From: Promethearchaeota archaeon
GTDB lineage: Archaea > Asgardarchaeota > Lokiarchaeia > Sigyniarchaeales > SOKP01
Reading direction: 5' to 3'
NCBI GenBank assembly: GCA_030599585.1
Contig: JAUVNS010000001.1
Span: 128,001-192,000 of the forward strand
DNA: 64,000 nucleotides
The position numbers and the translations under genes were made by a program. This document shows positions 28,449 to 38,920 of this stretch, piece after piece (within the stretch, counting starts at the first letter, position 1; every line of letters starts with the position of its first letter). The notes below the pieces were generated by a model, which saw nothing but the letters and a program-made list of their open reading frames with translations, ran no database searches and was not told where the DNA came from.

Positions 28449-31316
28449 TTAGAAAACAATTTTCTTAGCTCTAGCGAAATACTTGAAAATTTCGATCCCA
28501 ATTATACCTGGCAGCGCGAGTAAAATACACATAATCCAATCAGTTCCACTCAAAAAGAGAAAGTTGATTTGTAGATCTAAACCGAATTCATCGTTTATAT
28601 AAAAATTAACGGCATTTGAAAATAACACGAATAAGACGTGTAAAGCGAGAGTAAATAAGCTTATTACGAGTAAAGTTAGCGAAAATTCGCTTTTAAGGCT
28701 TTTGAAAAGTGATTTGTTAGGCCGTCTGAACGTCCAGATGAATGTAGTTTCAACAATGTAGATCGTAGTGATAAACATAGTTCTTGCTTTTTGTGCTAAC
28801 AATTCGGGTTGCGTTGATCCAACAGGTATATAACTAATAGAAGAATTAAGATTCCATTCATTTAACGGAATTGCACCTCCTAATGTAAGTTGAAGAACTA
28901 ATACCAAACCGATTCCCATCAATAACGCTTGTATCACCAACATAATCCACATATTCTTGTTTAATAGTTGTTCCTCGTCTCTGGGATGTTCTTTCATCAC
29001 ATCTGTTGGATGTTTATCTATCACTAGAGCTAAAGCAGGTAAAGAATGAACGATTGCGTAGATGTAAATGTGTTGCCACTCTGAGCTAAACAATTCAAAT
29101 AATGGGACAAACTCATACGCAAAAAAAATAACGGATTCCATTAGATTTAAGCAGATAAAAAAGAATATTATGGTTCGAATTCTCGCAAATAATCCACGAC
29201 CAATTTTTACACCCCTAACTATGGATGTGAAGTTATCGTCGCTAACAACCATATCAGCAGTTTCTTTAGCAACATCAGTACCCATAATACCCATAGCTAT
29301 ACCTGCATTCGCTAGTTTTAAAGCTAGAGCGTCGTTAATACCATCCCCCGTCATCGCACAGATGTGATTCGCTGACTGATACTTTTCTATAATTATCTCT
29401 TTATCTGAAGGATTGACTCGTGCAAATACAGACACTTTATTGAAATTTTTATCGTTTAAATCGTTAATTTCTGAACCTTCTACGACTAAATCCCCTTCCT
29501 TGTAAATTCTCATTTGAGCTGCAATAGTTTTGGCAGTAGCTGGATGATCGCCTGTGATCATTGAAATCTTGATACCGGCTGATTCACATTCCTCTACTGA
29601 TGCTTTCACTCCCGGTTTAGGAGGGTCTAATATTGAAACAAAACCTAAGAAGACGAGATCATTTTCAACTTTTTGTCTTTTAAAATCTTGTTCATCCTCG
29701 ATTTTCCGATATCCAATAGCCAAGGTTCGATATCCTTGGTTCGCACGAGTTTGAATGTTCTCGATTAAGAGTTTTTTTGATTTTTCAGTTAATGTTTCTT
29801 CTACACCATTTATTTCAATTTTGTTTGTTATATCTAAGATCCTCTCCGGTGCTCCTTTCGAGAATGCTATAGTCTTAGTATCATCTGTATTAAGTTTACA
29901 CACAGTTGTCATCCGCTTAACTTCAGAATTAAACGAAAACTCCTTCAATATTGCGTATTTATTTTTCACATCATAAGGAATGTATCCCGCCTTTTCAGCT
30001 AACACTAATAAAGAAGCTTCTGTTGGCGAACCTAACGCTTTTCTTACGGCTATTTCCTTTGATTCTCTTAATTGAACTTTAACATCTTCATATACTAATT
30101 TAGCGTTATTATTTAAGACGCTTGAATCAATGAATTTGGTAAATGTAGGATTTTCCTTGAAGCTTATTTCCTTTCCATTTTCAAGAATAATTCCTTCAGG
30201 ATCATATCCTGAGCCAGTAACTTGGTATTCGTTGTTGTTTATCCATAATCTTTCAACGGTCATCTCGTTTTTAGTAATGGTTCCCGTCTTATCTGAACAA
30301 ATTACCGATACGCGCCCAAGAGATTCAATTGCTGACAAATTTTTTATAATTACTCCACTTTGAGCCATATTAAGTACCCCTGTAACGAGAACGAGAGTTG
30401 TCAATAAAGGTAGGTTAATAGGCATAATTCCCATTGATCTTAGAATAGAAGATATAATTGCATCTCTTATATTATCACCAAAAAATAGACCTTCTAACCC
30501 TAAAATGGAAAATTTATACACAATTAAGACGATTAGGTAAATGATAACTATCGTTCCAAGGATATACCCTAACCTATTTAGTTTTCTTGTTAGCGGAATG
30601 TCTTCGATACTTCCCATATCATTAAGTTGATTTGAAATTTTACCAATCTCAGTATTAAGGCCAGTTCCAGCGATAAGTGCTTTTCCTCTACCAGTATTTA
30701 TGTAAGTCCCCATGAACACCATATTGCTTTGTTTCTGAATGGGTAATTCTCTATCTTTTAGTGTCTTATTGTTTTTCTCTACCGGCTCGCTCTCCCCGGT
30801 GAGTGGAGCCTCGTCAACAGTTAAATTGGTTGACTCAATAATTCTCGCATCTGCACCGATTTTATCTCCTTGTTCTAATAAAATAATATCCCCTGGAACT
30901 AGTTCTTTGGTAGGAATCTCAAATTGAATTCCGTCTCGTAAAACAACCGTTTTTAAAGCGGCAATTTGCCTTAAAGCGTCTAATGCTTTTCGAGCTCTAT
31001 ATTGTTGAGTTATTACGGTTATTGAATTAATAACTACAACTGTAAAAGTAATGATTGTTGATGTTAGATCTCCGAGTATTATAACAATTACTGCTGAAAT
31101 AATCAGTATTATTATTAAAAAATTGAAAATTGGTGCTAAATAGATTTTCCAAAGAGATGCTTTAATTTTTGGTAATTCATTAAAGCCATATTTGATGTAT
31201 TTTTCCTCTATTTCAGAAGTTTTTAAACCATTGTTAGAATCTGTTTGAAATTTTGAAATTAAAGCATCAATTGGCTGGAAATATGGTTTATCAGAACGAA
31301 TTAGGGTTTGATTCAT
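28449..31316 (-). CDS. Second P-type ATPase, P2-like scaffold with atypical motifs (M4 PINLP, M6 His)
   Basis: LTGES, DKTGTIT, KGAPE, DPPK, TGD, GDGINDA. Confidence 0.95.
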   Translation of the reverse strand: MNQTLIRSDKPYFQPIDALISKFQTDSNNGLKTSEIEEKYIKYGFNELPKIKASLWKIYLAPIFNFLIIILIISAVIVIILGDLTSTIITFTVVVINSITVITQQYRARKALDALRQIAALKTVVLRDGIQFEIPTKELVPGDIILLEQGDKIGADARIIESTNLTVDEAPLTGESEPVEKNNKTLKDRELPIQKQSNMVFMGTYINTGRGKALIAGTGLNTEIGKISNQLNDMGSIEDIPLTRKLNRLGYILGTIVIIYLIVLIVYKFSILGLEGLFFGDNIRDAIISSILRSMGIMPINLPLLTTLVLVTGVLNMAQSGVIIKNLSAIESLGRVSVICSDKTGTITKNEMTVERLWINNNEYQVTGSGYDPEGIILENGKEISFKENPTFTKFIDSSVLNNNAKLVYEDVKVQLRESKEIAVRKALGSPTEASLLVLAEKAGYIPYDVKNKYAILKEFSFNSEVKRMTTVCKLNTDDTKTIAFSKGAPERILDITNKIEINGVEETLTEKSKKLLIENIQTRANQGYRTLAIGYRKIEDEQDFKRQKVENDLVFLGFVSILDPPKPGVKASVEECESAGIKISMITGDHPATAKTIAAQMRIYKEGDLVVEGSEINDLNDKNFNKVSVFARVNPSDKEIIIEKYQSANHICAMTGDGINDALALKLANAGIAMGIMGTDVAKETADMVVSDDNFTSIVRGVKIGRGLFARIRTIIFFFICLNLMESVIFFAYEFVPLFELFSSEWQHIYIYAIVHSLPALALVIDKHPTDVMKEHPRDEEQLLNKNMWIMLVIQALLMGIGLVLVLQLTLGGAIPLNEWNLNSSISYIPVGSTQPELLAQKARTMFITTIYIVETTFIWTFRRPNKSLFKSLKSEFSLTLLVISLFTLALHVLFVLFSNAVNFYINDEFGLDLQINFLFLSGTDWIMCILLALPGIIGIEIFKYFARAKKIVF

Positions 31317-31421
31317 CTCAGTATCATTCTCAATTTACGAATGTATCAAAATTTAATAAATATTGATTTAAACATTTTTAATTATATAATTTTTTCTCTA
31401 AAACAAAGTTAACTGTTATAA

Positions 31422-32387
31422 TTAGAGATTAAATTCGGATGGATCTCCTAATATATCAATTAATATGTGATATTTTTTCCTAATTGTTGTACTCGAAAAT
31501 CTGCTTGTTTGTTCAACAATACTTTGAGTAAAAATCTTGCGATTATCTAAAGATTGTCCAATGTAATAGATTAATCCTGCGGTAAAAGCCTTGTAGTTCA
31601 TGTTTAGGATTTGCTCGTAATTAATTTTCAGTAAAATTTTAGCTGCAATTAATTGCAATTCCAACTTTAATTTGGTGTAATCTGACTCGCTGGAGAAGTG
31701 TTGTTTGACGTGTTCAAAATTGATATTGTTTAAATCCTTTTGAAATAAAATTTTAATTTTATTCTTTATATCTTCTTCTAGATTTTCTGCGTTTTTATAT
31801 CCTTTCAGCCTTTTCTCCGTTCTTTTGACTTTGAGCATTGCATTTGCGAGCATCTTTTTGTTTATCTTGTGCCCTAACTCCTTAGATGCTTTGATGAAAT
31901 CTTCAATCCTCACATTTGTAGTTTCTTTTATTTCCATCCAAATGATTGCCAGAAAGATGATTACCATATTTTCATAAGTCTGTCTATGATATTTGTTATA
32001 TCGGAGATAATTATCCTTTATTTCGTTGTACTTGGTCTTGTCAATATTTAGTCCAATACCATAACTTTTGAGCATGCTAATAGTTTTTTTTTGCTCCGTA
32101 AAACTGCTCTGAGAGTCTCTAAACCACGTATTCAAAGTTTTAATTTGCTCAAAACGAGCTTTTGTTTTTGGATCCTGAAGAGCTCTTGAGTCACCTATTC
32201 TAATTTTTCTTTCGTAATCTAAATGAGATTCAGAATAAAAATCAGATACCGGAGATTTCTCAAAAGCGATTTTGTCTTTCTCAATTAAACCACAATCTTG
32301 ACAGACAAAGTATCCGCCTTCAAGTTTTATGTTCTTGTGTTCGCAATCAGCGATTTCTTTATTTTTGTTATTCAAGGATCCAACCAT
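31422..32387 (-). CDS. Divergent TFB/TFIIB-like protein (zinc ribbon + cyclin folds)
   Basis: CEH...VCQDCG; C-term AGLIYY...TQ..V......STTIRKKY. Confidence 0.75.
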   Translation of the reverse strand: MVGSLNNKNKEIADCEHKNIKLEGGYFVCQDCGLIEKDKIAFEKSPVSDFYSESHLDYERKIRIGDSRALQDPKTKARFEQIKTLNTWFRDSQSSFTEQKKTISMLKSYGIGLNIDKTKYNEIKDNYLRYNKYHRQTYENMVIIFLAIIWMEIKETTNVRIEDFIKASKELGHKINKKMLANAMLKVKRTEKRLKGYKNAENLEEDIKNKIKILFQKDLNNINFEHVKQHFSSESDYTKLKLELQLIAAKILLKINYEQILNMNYKAFTAGLIYYIGQSLDNRKIFTQSIVEQTSRFSSTTIRKKYHILIDILGDPSEFNL

Positions 32388-32556
32388 TAATTGAGCTAAT
32401 TAAAATCTTTCACATCTATTCAAAAAAAGTATTAATCTTTAATTTATAAATGTAGCATAAAAAAACCATCAAATTAAATATTATGTAAAAGATTTAAAAG
32501 AAAATAATGAGTATACATTATATATAATATAATGAGAAAAAAACAAGCGATTAGTA

Positions 32557-33102
32557 ATGGAGCGTAAAGTCGTAATAAAATGGTTAAAAATCTTTAGTAT
32601 TAGCTTCCTCATTCTTTCATTAGGTGGATTAATTGATTTCATCTTGTTCAGTACAATTATTAACGTAACTTTAGACAGCGAGCAGTATACTATTCTGGCG
32701 ATAATTTTTCAATCTGGTTTCATGTCATTTCACGCGGCGTTGCTATGGATTGTTTTACTCAGTATTTTTAGTGCCTATATTGTTTTATCATACTCAATTT
32801 TTAAAGTTGCTAGTAAAAATACCCTCGATGATAAAATTCTTGCTAAATTTCTATTACTTATCGGTTTATTTCTAATTATTGGCAGTTTTATCACTCTGAG
32901 TTTTCTAGTTTTATTAGGTAATAGTACCATTGACACAGGACTCACAACAGTTATATTCCATAATTCTTCTGCTATTGGAGCGATGATGTGGTCATATTTT
33001 ATTTTTGTAGTTTATTGTTTCTTAGTCTCTGGATTGATTTTCGGCGGAATTGGTCTTAAATGGACGCTTCTTATTCAAGAAGAAGAAACTTCGAACGATT
33101 AA
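32557..33102 (+). CDS. Four-TM membrane protein of unknown function
   Basis: Four hydrophobic helices. Confidence 0.7.
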   Translation: MERKVVIKWLKIFSISFLILSLGGLIDFILFSTIINVTLDSEQYTILAIIFQSGFMSFHAALLWIVLLSIFSAYIVLSYSIFKVASKNTLDDKILAKFLLLIGLFLIIGSFITLSFLVLLGNSTIDTGLTTVIFHNSSAIGAMMWSYFIFVVYCFLVSGLIFGGIGLKWTLLIQEEETSND

Positions 33103-33156
33103 AACTGCTAAATTAAAAAAATATTATGCCTTTTGTATTTTTTAAGGAAGATTCGC

Positions 33157-33237
33157 TCAGATGTTAACGAAAACATAATTTATTACTTCGTTTCTTAACC
33201 ATCTTAGAAACATATCTATTTATCATCCAATCATCAC
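33157..33237 (-). ncRNA. Possible C/D box sRNA
   Basis: Minus strand GTGATGA...CTGA spanning 81 nt with an internal hairpin; intergenic, just downstream of tfb. Confidence 0.2.
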
Positions 33238-33295
33238 GAAAACATATAAAAAAAAAGAAAATTAATTTAATCTGCCCTATCTATGAACTCTCTTA

Positions 33296-34243
33296 CTAGA
33301 GTTTACCTTTGATTTGTTTTGCTCTAGATCTTAAGGTGACTTCTGTAATCTTCGCAATCGCAGCTACGAGAGATTGTGTTCTTCTTATTTCTCCATCTTT
33401 TGCTGCGATATAGATACACGCTGCAGCGAGTCCTTTCGGATCCTTTCCTGTTCGCGCTAAACCGTTCCTAGATGCCGTTCTTAACATGTCGATTGCAACT
33501 TTCTGGATTTTCATAGGAAGTTCCAATTCGTTACCAAAACGAAAAACTAAACTCTCAGCGGTGATAGGTTGATACCTAAGACCTAAACTAGGAAGTACTT
33601 CTCTTATAATCATTGCCAAACTCCTATGAACAGTTCGTCTAGGAGTTAGCGAAGCTTCGCAAACCTCGTCTAATAATCGCGGAAAGTCGTGGACTCTAAT
33701 CGCGGCGTATAACGATCCCGCGATAAATCCATTAATCGATCGTCCCATTGTTAATTTCTTCTTAGCTACAATGCTATAAATCTTCCACGCAGTTTCTGAA
33801 ATGTATTCAGGAATATTTAATTTTGAAGTAAGCATTTTCAATTTGGGTTTAGCTTCCCAAAAGTTTCGTTCGATACTTGAAATAAGAGAATTTTGAATTT
33901 TTGATAAACGTGAAAACAAAGCTTGCTCCTTAGGACCTATCGATTTCCCTTTTGAATCTGTCTTTGTAGTTGGTAACATAGTACGCGGGCCGAAATCCCG
34001 CCAACGAGGTTCAGTCCTTCTCCGGTTCTGAATTTCTTCTACAGTGTAAGCTCTTCTTTCATTACCAACGTAGGTTCTTTCTTTTATCATACCACAATTT
34101 AAGCAAACTTTATTCCCATCACGTTCTTCTATGGATGGGGTTGAACAACACTCGATATTATTACTAGAGGGCAAATTATCTTGATCATTATCTTTAGAAA
34201 TTAATCGATCACGGTAATTGCTATTCATTATAAAATCACACAA
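33296..34243 (-). CDS. tfb: Transcription initiation factor IIB
   Basis: CC...VCLNCG zinc ribbon, E.RAY B-reader, GRSI, GKDPKGLAAACIY, RTQ..VA....TEVTLRSR. Confidence 0.9.
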   Translation of the reverse strand: MCDFIMNSNYRDRLISKDNDQDNLPSSNNIECCSTPSIEERDGNKVCLNCGMIKERTYVGNERRAYTVEEIQNRRRTEPRWRDFGPRTMLPTTKTDSKGKSIGPKEQALFSRLSKIQNSLISSIERNFWEAKPKLKMLTSKLNIPEYISETAWKIYSIVAKKKLTMGRSINGFIAGSLYAAIRVHDFPRLLDEVCEASLTPRRTVHRSLAMIIREVLPSLGLRYQPITAESLVFRFGNELELPMKIQKVAIDMLRTASRNGLARTGKDPKGLAAACIYIAAKDGEIRRTQSLVAAIAKITEVTLRSRAKQIKGKL

Positions 34244-34501
34244 AAAATATGTTATTACATATACAGTACCATCTAAACATAAATCTTATAAAAAAATTAG
34301 ATGATGTTACGACTTTAATAATATCATAATATCCTAGTCGCATTTATAAATGTTTGTACGATATTAATTAAATTATACATTTTTATTTACGGGGAATAAC
34401 ATGGGAATTAATGATAACAGTAATTTTTTTTACGATAATCTATAAGAAGTAAATTTAAGAAAAATCTTCATCTTTAAATATTAAATAATCATTGAAAAAA
34501 T

Positions 34502-35026
34502 GTGTTTACTATGGATTTTTATGAAACTGTAAAGAAGAGAAGAAGTTATAGAGTGTATAAACCTGACATGCCAGAAGATGATAAAGTTACTCGAATATTA
34601 GAAGCTGCTAGATTGGCTCCTACATGGGGAAATATGCAAGGGATGCATTATATTATTGTCAAAGACCCTGAAAACGTAAAAGGAGTATGGAAAGCTGTTG
34701 GCCAAAGGAAAAAATTTGTCGAGGCTCCCATGTACGTCGTAGGTGTCATTTCTGAATCAGGTTCTGGGACAAATACTAATGGTATAAAATATTTTCCTTT
34801 AGATTGTGGAATCTGTTTTGAACATTTGATTTTAGCTGCAACAGCTGAAGGTTTAGCTACTTGTTGGATTGGATGGTTTAATGAAACTAAAGTAAAAAAA
34901 ATCCTTGAAATACCTGAAGATTTCAGAGTTATGGCTTTGACACCATTAGGATATCCTGTTAAAGAAAAAGGCGAAGTTAAAGAACGTAAGCTTATTGAAG
35001 AAATCGTACATTACGACAAATTCTAA
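34502..35026 (+). CDS. Nitroreductase family protein
   Basis: RRS.R, ARLAPT.GN.Q, L.A.AEGLATCWIG, LGYP. Confidence 0.92.
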   Translation: MFTMDFYETVKKRRSYRVYKPDMPEDDKVTRILEAARLAPTWGNMQGMHYIIVKDPENVKGVWKAVGQRKKFVEAPMYVVGVISESGSGTNTNGIKYFPLDCGICFEHLILAATAEGLATCWIGWFNETKVKKILEIPEDFRVMALTPLGYPVKEKGEVKERKLIEEIVHYDKF

Positions 35027-35106
35027 TTTAACTTGAAAATCTGTCTTTTTTATTTTTAATTTTTATTTAAAGTAAAAGTAAAATAATCTCATATTTTATT
35101 TCATAT

Positions 35107-36825
35107 ATGAATATTGTAAGAATTAATGCTAATTCAAACTCGATTAAATACGAAGAAATCGTTAAGAGTTCGAAATACTTTATATTAGGTGCTCGAGGGC
35201 TAACTTCACAAATTATTTATGAAGAGGTTCCTCCACGATGTGATCCGCTTGGGCCAGAAAATAAACTTATTTTAGCAAATGGGTTACTTACAGGAAGTCC
35301 ATTCCCAAATTCTGCGCGCACTTCAATCGGTGCCAAAAGTCCATTGACAAATGGTATAAAAGAAGCTAATGTAGGTGGTAGACCTTCATACATGCTCGCT
35401 AAGCATGGTATAAGAGCCTTAGTCCTTGAAGATGTATCCACAGAATTAAAAATAATCCTAATTAACGAGAATGGAATTGAGTTATTATCCGGTAATGAAT
35501 ATAAAGGGTTAGGAAATTACGAACTACATCGGAGACTAAGAGGTAAATATGGAGAAAATATTGGTATTTATTCTATAGGGCCAGCTGGCGAACATAAGAT
35601 GCCATCAGCAACTGTTGCTGCCAACGATTTGGAAGGCTATCCAAGTAGGCACGCTGCTCGAGGTGGATTAGGTGCAGTCATGGGTTCTAAAGGCGTTAAA
35701 GCTATAGTAATTATCCCTTCAAAAGAGTCAAAGGTAAAGATGCACGATCTTAAGAAGTTTAGAGAAGCTTCAACTCCTTTTGCGAAACATTTAGCAGAAA
35801 CTAAGAAAGTGTTTTCTACCTTCGGAACAGCATTAAATATGAGATTTATGAGTGAACATCAAGGAATCCCTACGAAAAACTTCCGATTTGGATCTTACGA
35901 TAAAATTTCGAATATTAGTGGAGAAAAACTCCATGAACTCGTAGTTGCCAGGGGAGGAAAGAAAAATTTGGCTTGTTCTCCTAATTGTGTTATAAAATGC
36001 TCTAATTTAATTGTAGACGAGGACGGGAACCATATAACTTCAAGCCTTGAATACGAAACGATGGTGTTAAATGGTACCAATTTGCTTATTGATGACTTAG
36101 ACAGCTTAGCTAAAATTGATCATTTCTGCGACGATATAGGAATCGATACCATTGAGTTCGGAGGTACAGTTGGAGTTTCTATGGATTGTGGTAAGATTCC
36201 TTGGGGTGATGCCGAAGCAGTTTTTAATATCTTGGATAAAGAAATCCGGGAGAATACTGAAATTGGTAAATTGTACGGATATGGTGTTAGAAATATTGGA
36301 AAGAAGTTGAATGCTCAAAGAATACCTGAAATAAAAGGACAAGGTATATCTGCTTACGATCCTAGAGTTTTTAAAGGAATGGGGGTAACGTACGCTACAA
36401 GCCCAATGGGTGCTGATCATACAAGTGGAGCAGCTATAGCTGGCAGAGTCCCGAGTCAAACCAAAGATTACGGTGAACTTACAAAAAACGAAGGAAAATT
36501 TGATTTATCGTTTGAATTGCAAGTATACACTACAGTATTGGATTCTATGGGTTGTTGTTATTTTATAGGACCGAGTTATGAGAATATGGAGATTATAACT
36601 GCTGCTATTAACGCAATGTATAATTTAGATTTAACAAGAGCGGAAGTAATTAATATTGGAAAACACATTCTTAAAACTGAGCTAGCATTCAACGAGAAAG
36701 CAGGCATTAGCAAGGACATGAACGATGTTCCCGAATTTTTAAAACTAGAACCTTCCGAACCTAGTGGTTTGAAATTTACATTCACTAAAGAAGAATTACG
36801 AGATTTTTGGAAGAGATTAGAATAA
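35107..36825 (+). CDS. aor: Tungsten aldehyde:ferredoxin oxidoreductase family
   Basis: KSPLT.GIKE, IGPAGE, RGGLGAVMGSK, C...C...C, EYET, DDIGIDTI, YDPR, GADH. Confidence 0.9.
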   Translation: MNIVRINANSNSIKYEEIVKSSKYFILGARGLTSQIIYEEVPPRCDPLGPENKLILANGLLTGSPFPNSARTSIGAKSPLTNGIKEANVGGRPSYMLAKHGIRALVLEDVSTELKIILINENGIELLSGNEYKGLGNYELHRRLRGKYGENIGIYSIGPAGEHKMPSATVAANDLEGYPSRHAARGGLGAVMGSKGVKAIVIIPSKESKVKMHDLKKFREASTPFAKHLAETKKVFSTFGTALNMRFMSEHQGIPTKNFRFGSYDKISNISGEKLHELVVARGGKKNLACSPNCVIKCSNLIVDEDGNHITSSLEYETMVLNGTNLLIDDLDSLAKIDHFCDDIGIDTIEFGGTVGVSMDCGKIPWGDAEAVFNILDKEIRENTEIGKLYGYGVRNIGKKLNAQRIPEIKGQGISAYDPRVFKGMGVTYATSPMGADHTSGAAIAGRVPSQTKDYGELTKNEGKFDLSFELQVYTTVLDSMGCCYFIGPSYENMEIITAAINAMYNLDLTRAEVINIGKHILKTELAFNEKAGISKDMNDVPEFLKLEPSEPSGLKFTFTKEELRDFWKRLE

Positions 36826-36848
36826 GAAATAAAATTTTGTGCTAGTAA

Positions 36849-37403
36849 TCAAATGTAATTCAACCATCCCTTTTTTTTCATTATTAATTCCGCCGAGATT
36901 ATTAGAAACAACCCTAGAGAAACGGATATAATGAGAATCAACTTAATAATAAATAAATGAGAAACAGAAATAGTATCCAACAATATTGGAATATTTATTA
37001 AAATATAACTAATACCGCAAATAAAGAATATTATCTTTCTTTTCTTATAAATTGAGAGCGAAAAGTGCCAGCAAATGGTAAGTAGTATAATAGAGCTTGA
37101 AGTTATAACAGTTGAGAGCGCCAAGAATGTGTTATAAAAAGCAAAGGTTATGGAATTTACAACGATAATTTCTATTAGGAGCAAATATAAGAATCTTTTA
37201 GCGTTGTTAACGAAAAAATCTTGTTCTAATTTTAAAAGGATACTAAAAACAAAAGGAGGGATTGTGATTAATATCAAGGTAATGGAAAGGAATGGATGGG
37301 TAAGTGTCAGAAATCCTAATAACAAACCTAAAACAAGACTTATTAGAAGTAAAATGGAACCTAAAAGTCTATAGATGCCTAATTTTTTACCTTTAATACT
37401 CAT
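36849..37403 (-). CDS. Multi-pass membrane protein of unknown function
   Basis: About 6 TM helices. Confidence 0.7.
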   Translation of the reverse strand: MSIKGKKLGIYRLLGSILLLISLVLGLLLGFLTLTHPFLSITLILITIPPFVFSILLKLEQDFFVNNAKRFLYLLLIEIIVVNSITFAFYNTFLALSTVITSSSIILLTICWHFSLSIYKKRKIIFFICGISYILINIPILLDTISVSHLFIIKLILIISVSLGLFLIISAELIMKKKGWLNYI

Positions 37404-37547
37404 ATCGAAACCTATATTTTTTTTTTAATTTCAAGACATTATAAATTTATAAAGAAAAAAAAGTATTTTGAATTATTGTAGTAATATTTGAATCTTTATT
37501 CAAATAATTCTAAAAATAGGATAATTAAACATAACGAGTTGTATATA

Positions 37548-38918
37548 TTGAGTGAAATAAAGATTTTAAAAGAGCTGGAAGAAATTGTTGGGAAAGAATT
37601 TGCCTCTAATCGTTCGGAAGATTTATATATTTACTCCCAAGATCCGGGCGCGTCACTTTCTCGACCTGTAGATTTCGTAGTGATGCCAAATACCACTGAA
37701 CAAGTTCAAAAGATAGTTAAATTAGCAAATCGAGAGAAAATTCCCATTGTCCCTATGGGTGGAGGACTTACTTTAAGTGGATTAATAATTCCTGTAAAAA
37801 GAGGCATCGTATTAGATATGAAAAGGATGAGTCAAATCCTTGAAATAAATCGGTTTAGTCGTTATGCACTTGTCGAAGCAGGAGTAACTACTGGTCAACT
37901 ACTTTCGCATTTAAACGAAAAGTATCCGGATCTACAACCACCTATTCCAGACGCACCTCCTTCTGCTACTATCGCTGGAAACATGTTAATTCATGGGTCA
38001 GGATATTTATCGCAAAGATATGGAGGACATGGAGCAATGATTAATGGTCTTGAAGTTGTTTTACCTAACGGCGAAATATGCAAATTAGGATCTTGTGCGC
38101 TTTCAGATTATTGGTTTGATAGAGGACCAATTCCGGACTTTATTGGCTTATTTATTAGCGCTTTCGGAACAATGGGAGTAATAACTAAGCTTTCGATACA
38201 ATTATTTCCAAAACCGAAAATGAGAGAGATAATTTTTGGATTATTGAAGGATCCTAAAGATATACCCGATTTACTACTGAAAATCACGGCGACCGGTTAT
38301 GCTGAAGATATACTCCTTGGAATGCAAGATAAACCTGAATGGATGAAAGGATACATTTTTATTATGACTTATATCACTGGTGAATCAGAAGGGGATATAA
38401 ATCGCCAATTAAAAGCTATTAAACGAATCTATCGAAAGTCTAATGCAAGATTTATGAAAGCTCCTGAAAAAATGCGAAATCTGTACTTAGACAAACCTAT
38501 CTTTGCTGCAGGGGCTTCCGATTTTAGAAAAGGTGGAGGATTCGAATATGTAGGAGCGTTTATGCCTCTCGAAAAAATCCCCGAAGCATATGAGAAAGGT
38601 GCAGATCTTGCAAGAAAATATGGGATTCCTCCAACTTTAGGCTCTCGGTTAATAGGTGGAGTTCATACCGTTGTAATGTTTTTTTCTTATTCCTTCAATA
38701 GAGCTGACCCTAAAGATATGGAAAACGCTAGAAGAGCTCTTCACGAAACCAATAAATTAGCGTTAGAATTAGGAGGAATTCCATGGAAAGCTGAGCTAGA
38801 AGGACAAAGATTAACGCTTGGAAAGATAGATCCTAGCTATAAAAAGCTGCTGAAAACTATTAAAAACACTCTCGATCCGAATAATATCATGAATCCAGGA
38901 AATTGGGAGGTGCTTTAA
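37548..38918 (+). CDS. FAD-binding oxidoreductase (GlcD/D-2-hydroxyacid dehydrogenase-like)
   Basis: P.GGGLTLSG, VEAGV, ATIAGN, GLEVVLPNG, G.MGVITK, DPNNIMNPG; TTG at 37548 preferred. Confidence 0.88.
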   Translation: MSEIKILKELEEIVGKEFASNRSEDLYIYSQDPGASLSRPVDFVVMPNTTEQVQKIVKLANREKIPIVPMGGGLTLSGLIIPVKRGIVLDMKRMSQILEINRFSRYALVEAGVTTGQLLSHLNEKYPDLQPPIPDAPPSATIAGNMLIHGSGYLSQRYGGHGAMINGLEVVLPNGEICKLGSCALSDYWFDRGPIPDFIGLFISAFGTMGVITKLSIQLFPKPKMREIIFGLLKDPKDIPDLLLKITATGYAEDILLGMQDKPEWMKGYIFIMTYITGESEGDINRQLKAIKRIYRKSNARFMKAPEKMRNLYLDKPIFAAGASDFRKGGGFEYVGAFMPLEKIPEAYEKGADLARKYGIPPTLGSRLIGGVHTVVMFFSYSFNRADPKDMENARRALHETNKLALELGGIPWKAELEGQRLTLGKIDPSYKKLLKTIKNTLDPNNIMNPGNWEVL

Positions 38919-38920
38919 AT

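Noticed and set aside
24660-31316. Calling the ATPases SERCA-type Ca2+ pumps or bona fide P4 flippases
   Set aside because: Ca2+ ligands in M4/M6 are lost, but TGES (not DGET) and the second M4 proline are P2-like and no CDC50 is seen; left unassigned
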